Assembly (NCBI GenBank): GCA_038040395.1
Contig: JBBPIJ010000003.1
Coordinates: 127,131 to 191,130 of the forward strand
Direction: 5' to 3'
Length of the DNA: 64,000 nt
Origin: Actinomycetota bacterium
GTDB taxonomy: Bacteria; Actinomycetota; Thermoleophilia; Gaiellales; Gaiellaceae
The notes under the pieces were generated by a model. It did no database searches and had not been told where the DNA came from. It worked only from the letters and a program-made list of their open reading frames with translations. Below, piece by piece: positions 54,025-63,800 of the stretch. The position numbers and the translations under genes were made by a program. How positions within the stretch are numbered: the stretch's first letter is position 1; the number at the start of each line of letters is the position of its first letter.

Positions 54025-56490
54025 ATGCGCGATCTTCCCTCCGGCACCGTCACCTTCCTCTTCACCGACGTGGAGGGCTCGACCAAGCTGCTGCACGAAC
54101 TGGGTGCCGAGGCGTACGCCGAGGCTCTGCTGGAGCACCGGCGGGTACTGCGCGAGGCGTTCAGCGCCCAGGGTGGCGTCGAGGTCGATACGCAAGGTGA
54201 CGCCTTCTTCGTCGCCTTCCCGACCGCGCCGGGCGCGCTTGCGGCGGCTGCCGCGGCGCTCGAAGGACTCTCAACGAGCCCGATCCGGGTGCGAATGGGC
54301 GTCCACACGGGCACGCCGCACGTAGACGAGGAGGGGTACGTCGGCGTCGACGTGCACCGCGCGGCACGAATCGCGGCGGCAGGACACGGCAGGCAGGTGC
54401 TCATCTCGGCGTCCACGGCTGCGCTGCTCGGCACCGACGGGCTGCGAAACCTCGGCGAGCACCGGCTGAAGGACCTGTCCGCGCCCGAGCAGATGTACCA
54501 GCTCGGCGACGAGGAATTCCCGCCGCTGAAGAGTCTCTACCGAACGAACTTGCCGATCCCGGCGACGCCGTTCCTCGGTCGCGAGCACGAGCTAGCAGCG
54601 GTGCGCGGGTTGCTGGAGAACGCTCGCTTACTCACCCTTACGGGGCCGGGCGGGACGGGCAAGACACGTCTTGGGCTGCAGGCGGCCGCCGAGGCTGCGG
54701 AGCGCTACCCCGACGGGATCTTCTGGGTGCCGCTGGCGCCGCTGCGCGATCCCGAGCTCGTCCTGGCGACGACCGGGCAAGCGCTCGGAGCCAAGGACGG
54801 TCTGGCGGAGCACGTCGCCGACAAATCGCTGCTGATCCTGCTCGACAACTTCGAACACGTCATCGAGGCAGCCCCTCGCCTCTCCGAGCTGCTTGCCACC
54901 TCCCCCAACGTCCATCTGCTCGTTACGAGCCGCGAGCTGCTTCGCGTTCCCGGGGAACAGGCCTACCCGGTTCCGCCGCTCGAGGCGGAGGACGGGACGG
55001 AGCTCTTCGTGGCCCAGGCGCGGGCGGCGCTGCCGAACTTCGTCGCGAGTGACGCTGTGCCGGAGCTCTGCGCGCGGCTCGAGAACCTGCCGCTTGCAAT
55101 CGAGCTGGCGGCGGCGCGAGTCCGAGTCCTCTCGCCCGAGCAGCTCGTTGAGCGGCTCTCGCAACGGCTGGATCTGCTCAAGGCCGGCCGCGGCGTCGAC
55201 CCGCGCCAGCAGACGCTGCGCGCGACGATCGAGTGGAGCCACGAGCTGCTGGACGAGGACGAGCAACGGCTCTTCGCGCGGCTCGCCGTCTTCGCGGGCG
55301 GCTGTACGCTCGAGTCGGCGGAAGCGGTCTGCGATGCAGATCTCGACACGCTCGAGTCGCTCGTCGACAAGAGCCTGGTTCGCATCCGCGAGGGCGACCG
55401 CTTCTGGATGCTGGAGACGATCCGCGAGTACGCCGCCGAGCGGCTCGAGGACTCCGGCGAGGCCGAGATGTTGGAGCGCCGTCACGCGGAACACTTCCTT
55501 GAGCTCGGCAAAGAGGCCGAGCTCAATACACGGGTCTACTCCGGCGAGTGGATCGGGCGGTTGCAGCAGGAGCACGACAACCTTCGCGCAGCGCTCGATC
55601 ACCTCGCAGCCTCAGGGGAGATCGAGCTTGTCCTGCAACTGGCCGGAGACCTGGCGCACTTCTGGCACTACGGTGGGCACGTCGCCGAGGGCAGACGCCG
55701 TCTCGAGAACGCGCTCATCGAGGCTCCGGAGAGCCCGACCGCAGCGCGTGCCGACGCTCTTACCGCAGCTGCCCGGATGACGTACGGGACAGGCGACGCT
55801 ACGGCGGCCAGGCCGATCGCGGAGCAGGCGCTCGAGCTTCATCGCCGCCTTGGCGACCCGCGGGGTGCCGCTCTCGACCTCAACGTGCTCACCGTTGCCT
55901 CCATCGAGGAAGGGGACTTCGAGCAGGCGCAGCAGCTCGCCGAGGAGAGCCTGGCTCTTTTCCGTCAGGCCGGCGACGAGCACAACGCGGTCGCGGCGAC
56001 ACGCACTCTCGCGTTCACGTACCACAGCCGTGGCGACCTCGAGCGCGCAGGCGCACTGCACGAATCGAACCTGTTCGAGGCGCGAGCACTCGGCTTCAAG
56101 GAGCAGGAGGCTCAGACGTTGGGGTCGCTGGCGATGATCGCCTTCGAGCAAGGCAGGATCGAGGATGCGCTCGCGCTGGGGAAGCAGAACCTCCTCGCCT
56201 GTCGTGACCTTGGCTCCCTTCACGGGCTCGCGCAGAGTCTCTGTCGCAATGCCAGTTCCTTCGCCGTGTTCCCCGGGAAAGCGGATACGGCCGCCCGGCT
56301 TCTCTCCTGCTTCGAGGCTCAGAGAGACAGGATCGGCGTCAGCGAGGCCTGGATCGCGAGGATGAACGAGGAGACGCTCTCAGCGATCCGCGCCCGGCTC
56401 GACGAAAGCGACTTCGCCGAAGCATGGGAGCAAGGCCGGGCGCTGACGATCGACGAGGCCGTCGCGCTCGCCCTCGAATCACTCGAGTAA
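54025..56490 (+). CDS. Cyclase / STAND NTPase / TPR protein, beta subtype
   Basis: It has MRDLPSGTVTFLFTDVEGSTKLLHELG, TQGDAFFVAFPTAPGALAAA, DVHRAARI, GPGGTGKTRLG, LILLDNFEH and LENLPLAIELAA, with a TPR-like tail. Confidence 0.85.
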   Translation: MRDLPSGTVTFLFTDVEGSTKLLHELGAEAYAEALLEHRRVLREAFSAQGGVEVDTQGDAFFVAFPTAPGALAAAAAALEGLSTSPIRVRMGVHTGTPHVDEEGYVGVDVHRAARIAAAGHGRQVLISASTAALLGTDGLRNLGEHRLKDLSAPEQMYQLGDEEFPPLKSLYRTNLPIPATPFLGREHELAAVRGLLENARLLTLTGPGGTGKTRLGLQAAAEAAERYPDGIFWVPLAPLRDPELVLATTGQALGAKDGLAEHVADKSLLILLDNFEHVIEAAPRLSELLATSPNVHLLVTSRELLRVPGEQAYPVPPLEAEDGTELFVAQARAALPNFVASDAVPELCARLENLPLAIELAAARVRVLSPEQLVERLSQRLDLLKAGRGVDPRQQTLRATIEWSHELLDEDEQRLFARLAVFAGGCTLESAEAVCDADLDTLESLVDKSLVRIREGDRFWMLETIREYAAERLEDSGEAEMLERRHAEHFLELGKEAELNTRVYSGEWIGRLQQEHDNLRAALDHLAASGEIELVLQLAGDLAHFWHYGGHVAEGRRRLENALIEAPESPTAARADALTAAARMTYGTGDATAARPIAEQALELHRRLGDPRGAALDLNVLTVASIEEGDFEQAQQLAEESLALFRQAGDEHNAVAATRTLAFTYHSRGDLERAGALHESNLFEARALGFKEQEAQTLGSLAMIAFEQGRIEDALALGKQNLLACRDLGSLHGLAQSLCRNASSFAVFPGKADTAARLLSCFEAQRDRIGVSEAWIARMNEETLSAIRARLDESDFAEAWEQGRALTIDEAVALALESLE

Positions 56491-56595
56491 GTGCGCTGCG
56501 GCGCCGCATGAACCTCGAGATGACCGCTCGTTCATAGCGAAACGAGTTCTAAGGGAAGTGCCTGCTTAGCGGTGGAATTGCCCCAGCGAGGCGGT

Positions 56596-56711
56596 ATGCC
56601 CCCGGCATGAATCGAACATGCGCACGCGGTTTAGGAACTAGCGTGCCAAAACGCTATTTGCAGGGAAAACGCTGCTTCGGAACGCCGTGCGCGCCAATGA
56701 ATGCGCCAGTG
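56596..56711 (+). repeat. Copy I: 41-nt core + ~115-nt module
   Basis: The core lies at 56597-56637, starting 287 nt upstream of the GTG start of the next gene. Confidence 0.95.
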
Positions 56712-56882
56712 GGACGAGCCGCCCATGACGCGTGGTTCGGACCCTCGCGCTTGGGGAAGTCTCCAACCCCACGAAATATCATTCGCCGTGGAGAACCCCG
56801 GTTAGCGAGGGACTGTCCACTGTTCAGGTGCCAGGCACCGGACGTGGTTGGAAAGGCCACGAGCGTCTTCTAGGCTCTAGGT

Positions 56883-59800
56883 GTGACCACGTGCTCGAGC
56901 TGCGGTGTCGAGAATCCGGCGAGCTCCCGCTTTTGCGGGGGATGCGGCGCGCCACTCAGCCAGGTCTGCGCCGCCTGCGGGACGGCCAACGATCCGGCAA
57001 TGCGGTTCTGCAACCAGTGCGGCTCAGCGTTGGGCGAAGAGGCATCCGGCCCGTTGGCACCGACGTCAACGCCTGCACGCGCCCGTGCTGAGCCGGTTGC
57101 CGAGCGCCGGGTGGTGTCGGTGTTGTTCGCGGATCTCGTCGGCTTCACAGCGCTGTCGGAGTCGCGTGATGCGGAGGAGACGCGCGATCTCTTGTCGCGC
57201 TACTTCGAGCTGTCGCGGACGCTGATCGCCCGGTACGGGGGGACGGTGGAGAAGTTCATCGGCGACGCGGTGATGGCGGTGTGGGGGACGCCGGTCGCGA
57301 CCGAGAGTGACGCTGAGCGGGCGGTGCGGGCAGCGCTCGATCTGGTCGCGTCGATCCCCGAGCTGGATCCGGCGCTGAATGCGCGGGCGGGTGTGCTGAC
57401 GGGTGAAGCGGCCGTGACGATCGGCGCCGAGGGCGAGGGAATGGTGGCGGGGGATCTGGTCAACACCGCCTCGCGGATCCAGTCGGCGGCGGAGCCGGGC
57501 ACTGTGCTGGTCGGCGAGGTGACGCGGCGGGCGAGCGAGCAGGCGATCGTCTACGAGAGCGCCGGCGAGCAGGAGCTGAAGGGGAAGGCGGAGCCGGTGG
57601 CGCTGTGGCGTGCGTTGCGGGTCGTCTCGGGCGTCGGCGGCACGCTCAAGTCGGCCGGGCTGGAGGCGCCGTTCGTCGGTCGCGAGCGGGAGCTGAAGCT
57701 GATCAAGGAGCTCTTCCACGGCTGCGCGCAGGAACGGCGAGCGCACCTGGTCTCGGTGACCGGGATCGCGGGGATCGGCAAGTCGCGCGTGGCGTGGGAG
57801 TTCTACAAGTACTTCGACGGGATCGTCGAGCCGGTGTTCTGGCACCGGGGACGCTGTCTGGCCTACGGCGAGGGGGTGGCCTATTGGGCGTTGGCGGACA
57901 TGGTCCGGATGCGGTGCCGGATCGCGGAGGACGAGCAGCCCGCCTCGGCGCGCGAAAAGCTCCGGGCGACGCTGGAGGAGCATCTCCTCGATCCGGAGGA
58001 GCGGGCGTTCGTCGAGCCGCGGCTCGCGCACCTGCTGGGGCTGGACGAGGCCGCTGCGGGTGACCGGCAGGATCTGTTTGCGGCGTGGCGGCTGTTCTTC
58101 GAGCGGCTGGCGGACGGGTCTCCGACCGTGCTCGCGTTCGAGGACATGCACTGGGCGGACACGAGCCTGCTCGATTTCGTCGAGTACCTGCTCGAGTGGT
58201 CGCGCGACTACCCGCTCTACGTGGTCACCCTCGCCCGGCCGGAGCTGCAGGAGCGGCGTCCGAACTGGGGCGCGGGCCAGCGCAACTTCAGCTCGCTCTA
58301 TTTGGAGCCGCTCTCGCAGGCGGCGATGCAAGAGCTGCTCGAGGGGCTCGTGCCCGGCCTGCCCGAGCAGTTGCGCGCGCAGATCCTCGCGCGCGCCGAG
58401 GGCGTTCCCCTCTACGCGGTCGAGACGGTGCGGATGCTGCTCGACCGCGGCCTGCTCGTCCAGGAAGGCCCCGCCTACAAACCCACGGGCGAGATCGAGA
58501 AGCTCGAGGTGCCGGAGACCTTGCACGCGCTGATCGCGGCCCGTCTCGACGGCGTCTCCGCTGAGGAGCGGCGCCTGCTCCAGGACGGTGCGGTGCTCGG
58601 CAAGACGTTCACCCAGCATGCGCTGGCTGCGCTCTCAGGCACACCGGCCGAGGAGCTGGAACCGTTGCTGTCGGCGCTGGTGCGCAAGGAGGTGCTGGGC
58701 ATCCAGTCCGACCCGCGCTCGCCGGAACGAGGCCAGTACGGCTTCCTGCAGGACCTCGTCCGCCATGTCGCCTACGAGACACTCTCCAAACGCGAGCGCA
58801 AGACACGCCACCTCGCCGCCGCCGAGCACCTGACGAGCGTCTTCGCCGACCAGGACGAGATCGCCGAGATACTCGCCTCCCATTACCTCGCCGCCTTCGA
58901 GGCCGCCCCGGAAGCCGAGGATGCGCAGGCAATGCGGGCGAAAGCGAGCGAGATGCTCGCCCGGGCGGGTGAGCGGGCCGGCTCGCTCGGCGCGCCCGAC
59001 GAAGGCCAGCGCTACTACGAGCAGGCGGCGACGCTCGCGGAGGAGCCGCTGGTCGAGGCGGCGCTGCTCGAGCAGGCCGGCCGGCTCGGCTATCCGGCAG
59101 GCCGACCGGCGGAGGCGCGAGCTCAGCTCGAGCGTGCGATGGCACTGTTCGAACAGGGCGCCGAGACCGGGCAGGCGGCGCGCGCCGGCGCAGCCCTTGC
59201 GGACATCGACGTCATCGAGGGCCGTCTCGAGCAGGCCGCCGCGCGGCTGGAGTCGGCTCTTCCTGCGCTCGAGCAGGCGGGGCCGAGCGCCGAGCTCGCC
59301 GAGACGCTCGCTCAGCTCGGGAGGGTGCAGGCGCTACGCGTGGATGACGCCGCGCTCGCCACGCTCGAGCAGGCGCTGCTCCTGGCTGAGCAGCTCGGAC
59401 TCGAAGAGGTGCTCGTGCAGGCGCTCACGAGCAAGTCGATCGGTCTGCTCTACCAAGGACGGTTCGTCGAGAGCCGCGTGCTGCTCGAGGGTGCGGTCGA
59501 GCGCGCGCGCCTCGGAGAGCTGCACAACGCCTGGTTTCGCGCGGCGGGCAACCTCGCCGTCCTGCTACAGGACTCCGACCGGCATCTGGAGGTGCTCGAG
59601 CTGGTCGGCGAGGTCGAAGCGCAGGCGCGCCAGCTCGGCAACCGCGAACAACTGGCGTTGGCGCGGCTGGGGACGATCTCCTCGCTCTTCCTGCTTGGGC
59701 GCTGGGACCAGGCGCTCGCGAGGGCAGACGAGGCCGAGCAGCTGCAAGCGAGCGACTCGGCGCGCTCCGAGCTGATCGAGCTCGTAGCCGTCCGTTGCGA

Positions 59801-60419
59801 GCAAGGCGACCTGGCAGCCGCCGGGAACCTCATGCGCGGGTACGAGTGGGCCCGCGATGCAGAACAGACGGAATACAGGTGTCTCTTCACGGCGTTGGAG
59901 GCTCGGCTGCACCGTGCCCAGAGCCGACCGGCCGAGGCGCTCGCCGCCGCCGAGCGCGGGCTCGCGCTTCGCAGTGAGCTCCCGATCACCAACACGGGGA
60001 TCAAGCGCAACCTGATCGAGGCGCTCGAGGCGGCGTTCGCGCTCGGCGACCTCGCGAAGGCGGAGGAGCTCCTCGGCGGCGCTGAGACGCTTCAACCGGG
60101 CGAGCTGACGCCGTTCCTGCGCGGACACCGCGCTCGCTTCCGCGCCCGCCTCGATGCGCAGCACGGCCGGGTCGAAGGCGTCGACAAGAGCTTTCGTAGT
60201 GCCGGAGCGGTCTTTCGCGAGTTCGGCTTCGCGTTCTACCTCGCAGTCACCGAGCTCGAACACGCCGAATGGCTGGCCGCGCAGGGCCGCGGCGACGAAG
60301 CACAACCGCTGTTGGATGAAGCGCGCCAAGCCTTCGAGCAGCTGCAGGCAACCCCCTGGCTCGAGCGAGCGGCACAGGTAACCCCGGCGAGACGCGAAGC
60401 CGAGGCCGCGCTCCCCTAA
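56883..60419 (+). CDS. Double zinc-ribbon / canonical class III cyclase / AAA_16-type STAND ATPase / TPR protein
   Basis: It has CSSCG..FCGGCG and CAACG..FCNQCG ribbons. The cyclase motifs are VSVLFADLVGFT, KFIGDAVMAVWG and VNTASRIQ. It also has P-loop GIAGIGKSRVA and Walker B LAFEDMHWAD, followed by a long TPR-like C-terminus. Confidence 0.85.
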   Translation: MTTCSSCGVENPASSRFCGGCGAPLSQVCAACGTANDPAMRFCNQCGSALGEEASGPLAPTSTPARARAEPVAERRVVSVLFADLVGFTALSESRDAEETRDLLSRYFELSRTLIARYGGTVEKFIGDAVMAVWGTPVATESDAERAVRAALDLVASIPELDPALNARAGVLTGEAAVTIGAEGEGMVAGDLVNTASRIQSAAEPGTVLVGEVTRRASEQAIVYESAGEQELKGKAEPVALWRALRVVSGVGGTLKSAGLEAPFVGRERELKLIKELFHGCAQERRAHLVSVTGIAGIGKSRVAWEFYKYFDGIVEPVFWHRGRCLAYGEGVAYWALADMVRMRCRIAEDEQPASAREKLRATLEEHLLDPEERAFVEPRLAHLLGLDEAAAGDRQDLFAAWRLFFERLADGSPTVLAFEDMHWADTSLLDFVEYLLEWSRDYPLYVVTLARPELQERRPNWGAGQRNFSSLYLEPLSQAAMQELLEGLVPGLPEQLRAQILARAEGVPLYAVETVRMLLDRGLLVQEGPAYKPTGEIEKLEVPETLHALIAARLDGVSAEERRLLQDGAVLGKTFTQHALAALSGTPAEELEPLLSALVRKEVLGIQSDPRSPERGQYGFLQDLVRHVAYETLSKRERKTRHLAAAEHLTSVFADQDEIAEILASHYLAAFEAAPEAEDAQAMRAKASEMLARAGERAGSLGAPDEGQRYYEQAATLAEEPLVEAALLEQAGRLGYPAGRPAEARAQLERAMALFEQGAETGQAARAGAALADIDVIEGRLEQAAARLESALPALEQAGPSAELAETLAQLGRVQALRVDDAALATLEQALLLAEQLGLEEVLVQALTSKSIGLLYQGRFVESRVLLEGAVERARLGELHNAWFRAAGNLAVLLQDSDRHLEVLELVGEVEAQARQLGNREQLALARLGTISSLFLLGRWDQALARADEAEQLQASDSARSELIELVAVRCEQGDLAAAGNLMRGYEWARDAEQTEYRCLFTALEARLHRAQSRPAEALAAAERGLALRSELPITNTGIKRNLIEALEAAFALGDLAKAEELLGGAETLQPGELTPFLRGHRARFRARLDAQHGRVEGVDKSFRSAGAVFREFGFAFYLAVTELEHAEWLAAQGRGDEAQPLLDEARQAFEQLQATPWLERAAQVTPARREAEAALP

Positions 60420-60439
60420 CGCGCTGAGTCCCGCCCCGA

Positions 60440-60466
60440 CATGTCCGGTGCCAGGCACCGCACATG
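60440..60466 (+). terminator. 27-bp imperfect palindrome 21 nt after the stop codon (terminator or operator)
   Basis: The sequence is CATGTCCGGTGCC-A-GGCACCGCACATG, with one mismatch in the 13-bp arms. The central GGTGCCAGGCACC also occurs at 56827-56839, upstream of the same gene. Confidence 0.45.
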
Positions 60467-60657
60467 CCGGACTGGCTAGGTGCCGAGGACGACGACTGTC
60501 TGCGCGCAGTGGAGCTGGCGCAGAGTTGCGTGGATTCGAGCGATGGAGAGGCCCCCGCAGCCTCGGCGATCCGCGATAGAGGTAGGTCCGGGATGGTCGG
60601 AACGCCAAACCAGCCGATTTGCGGGTGTTCCCGCCGAACTCGGCTCGTCTAGTGGGA

Positions 60658-60771
60658 GTGCCCCCGGCATGAATCGAACATGCGCACGCGGTTTAGGAAC
60701 TAGCGTGCTAAAACGCCATCTGCAGGTAAAAGCCGTCTCTGACCAGCGTGCGCGCCAGTGAATGCGCCAGT
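60658..60771 (+). repeat. Copy J: 41-nt core + ~115-nt module
   Basis: The core lies at 60659-60699, and the first base is G. It starts 232 nt upstream of the GTG start of the next gene. Confidence 0.95.
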
Positions 60772-60889
60772 CCGCTTGTAAAACCAGCCAGACATGCTTT
60801 GCTCGGCTAGGCCTGAGGACCGGACATAGCCTGGGGATCGCCGCCGCGCAAAACTACAAGCTTGCGGTGCGCGGTCGTAGGCTTTGAGC

Positions 60890-63800
60890 GTGATCGTCTG
60901 CCCGAGCTGTTCGCAGGAGAATGCGGCCGGCGCCCGTTTTTGCAGTGCCTGCGGCGCAGCCCTAGAGGCTTCCCCAGCCGCGGCGCGTGAGGAGCGCAAG
61001 GTCGTGACCGTGCTGTTTGCCGATCTGGTCGGGTTCACCGCTCGCGCCGAGCAGCTCGATCCCGAGGACGTCCGCGGGTTGCTCGCGCCGTTCCATGCCC
61101 GGCTGCGCGAGGAGCTCGAGCGCTTCGGGGGCACCGTCGAGAAGTTCATCGGCGACGCCGTGATGGCGCTCTTCGGCGCGCCGATCGCTCACGAGGACGA
61201 CCCTGAGCGCGCCGTCCGCGCGGCGCTCGCCATCCTTGACTGGGCCGGCGAGCAGGAGAATGAGCTCCAGCTGCGACTGGCGGTGAACACCGGCGAAGCG
61301 CTGATCACGCTCGGCGCGCGGACGGCCGAGGGGGAGGGCATGGCCGCCGGCGATGTCATCAACACGACTGCCCGCCTCCAGTCGGCGGCGCCCGTCAACG
61401 GCATCCTCGTCGGCGAGACCACGTATCGGGCGACCAAGCACGTGATCGAGTACCGCGAGGCCGAGCCGGTTGAGGCCAAGGGGAAGTCGGAGCCGATCCC
61501 GGTCTGGGAAGTGGTCGCGCCGCGCTCGCGCTACGGCGTCGACCTGGCCGAAGCGCGAGCCCCGCTCGTCGGCCGCGAGGGCGAGCTCGATGCGCTCCGC
61601 GACGCGCTCGGGCGGGCGCGCTCGGAGGTGCTCCAGCTCGTCACGCTCGTCGGGGTGCCGGGGATCGGCAAGTCCAGGCTCGTCTACGAGCTCTTCAAGT
61701 CGATCGAGGCCGAACCCGACTTCACGACCTGGCGCCAGGGCCGCTCGCTGCCGTATGGCGAAGGCGTCAGCTTCTGGGCGCTGGCGGAGATCGTGAAGGC
61801 GGAGGCGGGAATCCTCGAGTCCGATTCCGAGGCCGATGTCGAGAGCAAGCTGCGCGCGGCCGTCGCAGAGGTGGCGGCCGACGAGAGCGAGGCTAAGTGG
61901 ATGGCGTCACGGCTCGGCAACCTCGTCGGAGTGCAGAGCACCGACGAGGTCGCCGGCGCGTCTCAGGCCGAGAGCTTCTCCGCCTGGCGGCGTTTCGTCG
62001 AAGCGCTGGCCGACCAGCATCCGCTCGTTCTCGTCTTCGAAGACCTCCACTGGGCCAACGACGAGCTGCTCGACTTCATCGACCAGCTCGTCGACTGGGC
62101 GCGCTCTGCGCCGATCCTCGTGCTCTGCACTGCGCGGCCCGAGCTGCTGGAGCGCCGGCCGGGCTGGGGTGGGGGCAAGGCGAATGCGTCGACGCTCTCA
62201 CTGCCGCCGCTGGAGGACGAGGACACAGCACGGCTTCTTTCCGCGTTGCTCGAGCGGGCGGTCCTGCCTGCTGAGACGCAGTCCGTCCTGCTTGCACGCG
62301 CCGAGGGAAACCCGCTGTACGCCGAGCAGTACGCACGGATGCTCGTGGAGCGAGGCGACGCCGAGGACCTGCCGTTGCCCGAGACGGTCCAGGGAATCAT
62401 CGCCGCCCGCCTCGACGGCCTGTCGGATTCGGAGAAGGCTCTTCTCCAGGACGCCTCGGTGGTCGGCAAGGTCTTCTGGCTCGGGTCGCTCCGGGCAATC
62501 GGCGGGCTCGAGCGCGGCCCGGCGGAAGAAGCCCTGCTCGCGCTCGAGCGCAAGGAGCTCGTCCAGCGCGCGCGGCGTTCGTCGGTCGAGGGCGAGGGCG
62601 AGTACGCGTTCCGCCACCTCCTGGTCCGGGATGTCGCCTACGGCCAGATTCCCCGCGCGGCGCGCGCCGACAAGCACCGTGCTGCGGCCGAGTGGGTCGA
62701 AGGGCTCGGCCGCTCCGATGACCACGCGGAGATGCTCGCGTCGCACTACTCGCGCGCGCTCGAGTACGCCCGAGCGGCCGGCAGCGAGGACGGCGAGCTC
62801 TCCGAGCGCGCGCGAATTGCGCTGCGCGACGCCGGCGACCGCGCGTCGTCACTCCAAGCCTGGCCTGCTGCCGCCCACTTCTACACCGAGGCGCTCGAGC
62901 TCTGGCCGGAGGACGATCCGGGGCTGCCGCACCTCCACTTCCGGTGCGGACGAGCGCGGTTCAATGCGGACGGCACCGGGCTGGACATGCTCGAAGCTGC
63001 GGTCGACGAGCTCGAGGCCGCCGGCGACGCGGAAGCCGCGGCGCAGGCGGCCGTCGTGACAGGGCGCTCCCACTGGCAGCGCGGCGAGGTCGCCGAGCAT
63101 AACGCGTACATAGGGAGGGCCCTCGAGCTCGTCGGTGAACGCGAGGAATCTGCCGCAAGGGTGATGGCGATTGCCGCTGAAGCCGCCAGGCAAATGTTCG
63201 ACGGCGAGTTCGGGGACAGCATCGCCCTGACCGACGAAGGCCTGCCCATCGCCGAGCGTCTCGGTCTCGATGAAGTTCGCGCGCGGTTGCTCGAGTTGCG
63301 CGGTTACGCGCGGTGCACTTCGGGCGACGCCGGGGGATTCGCCGACTTCGAGCAGGCGATCGCCCTTGCCTCGGAGTTCCATGCTTCTGAGCAGGTCCAC
63401 ACCGCTTGGAACAACCTCGCAGTAATACAGATCGCGATGGGACAACTCGAGGCCGCTCACGAGTCATTGGCTGCGATCAAACGGAACGCTGAACGGCATG
63501 CCACCCCCTCGAGGCTCCGCTGGGTTGAAGTCCTCGGCGTGGAATTCGGCCTGATGGACGGCAACTGGGCGGAAGTCAGCCGCGTAACGAGTGAGCTGAT
63601 TGCGGAGTCGGAAGCCGGCAATCGGCACTACACCGATTATTCGTGTCGCCTGCTCCGCGCAATGATCCGCCGTGCGTCCGGTGACCTTCCGGGCGCGGTT
63701 GCCGACATGGAGCAATGCCTCACGCTCGCTCGGGCTAGCGCAGACGCACAGGTGATGGCACCGGCGCTCATCGGTGCGGGGTCCGTGTTTCTCGAAGCGG

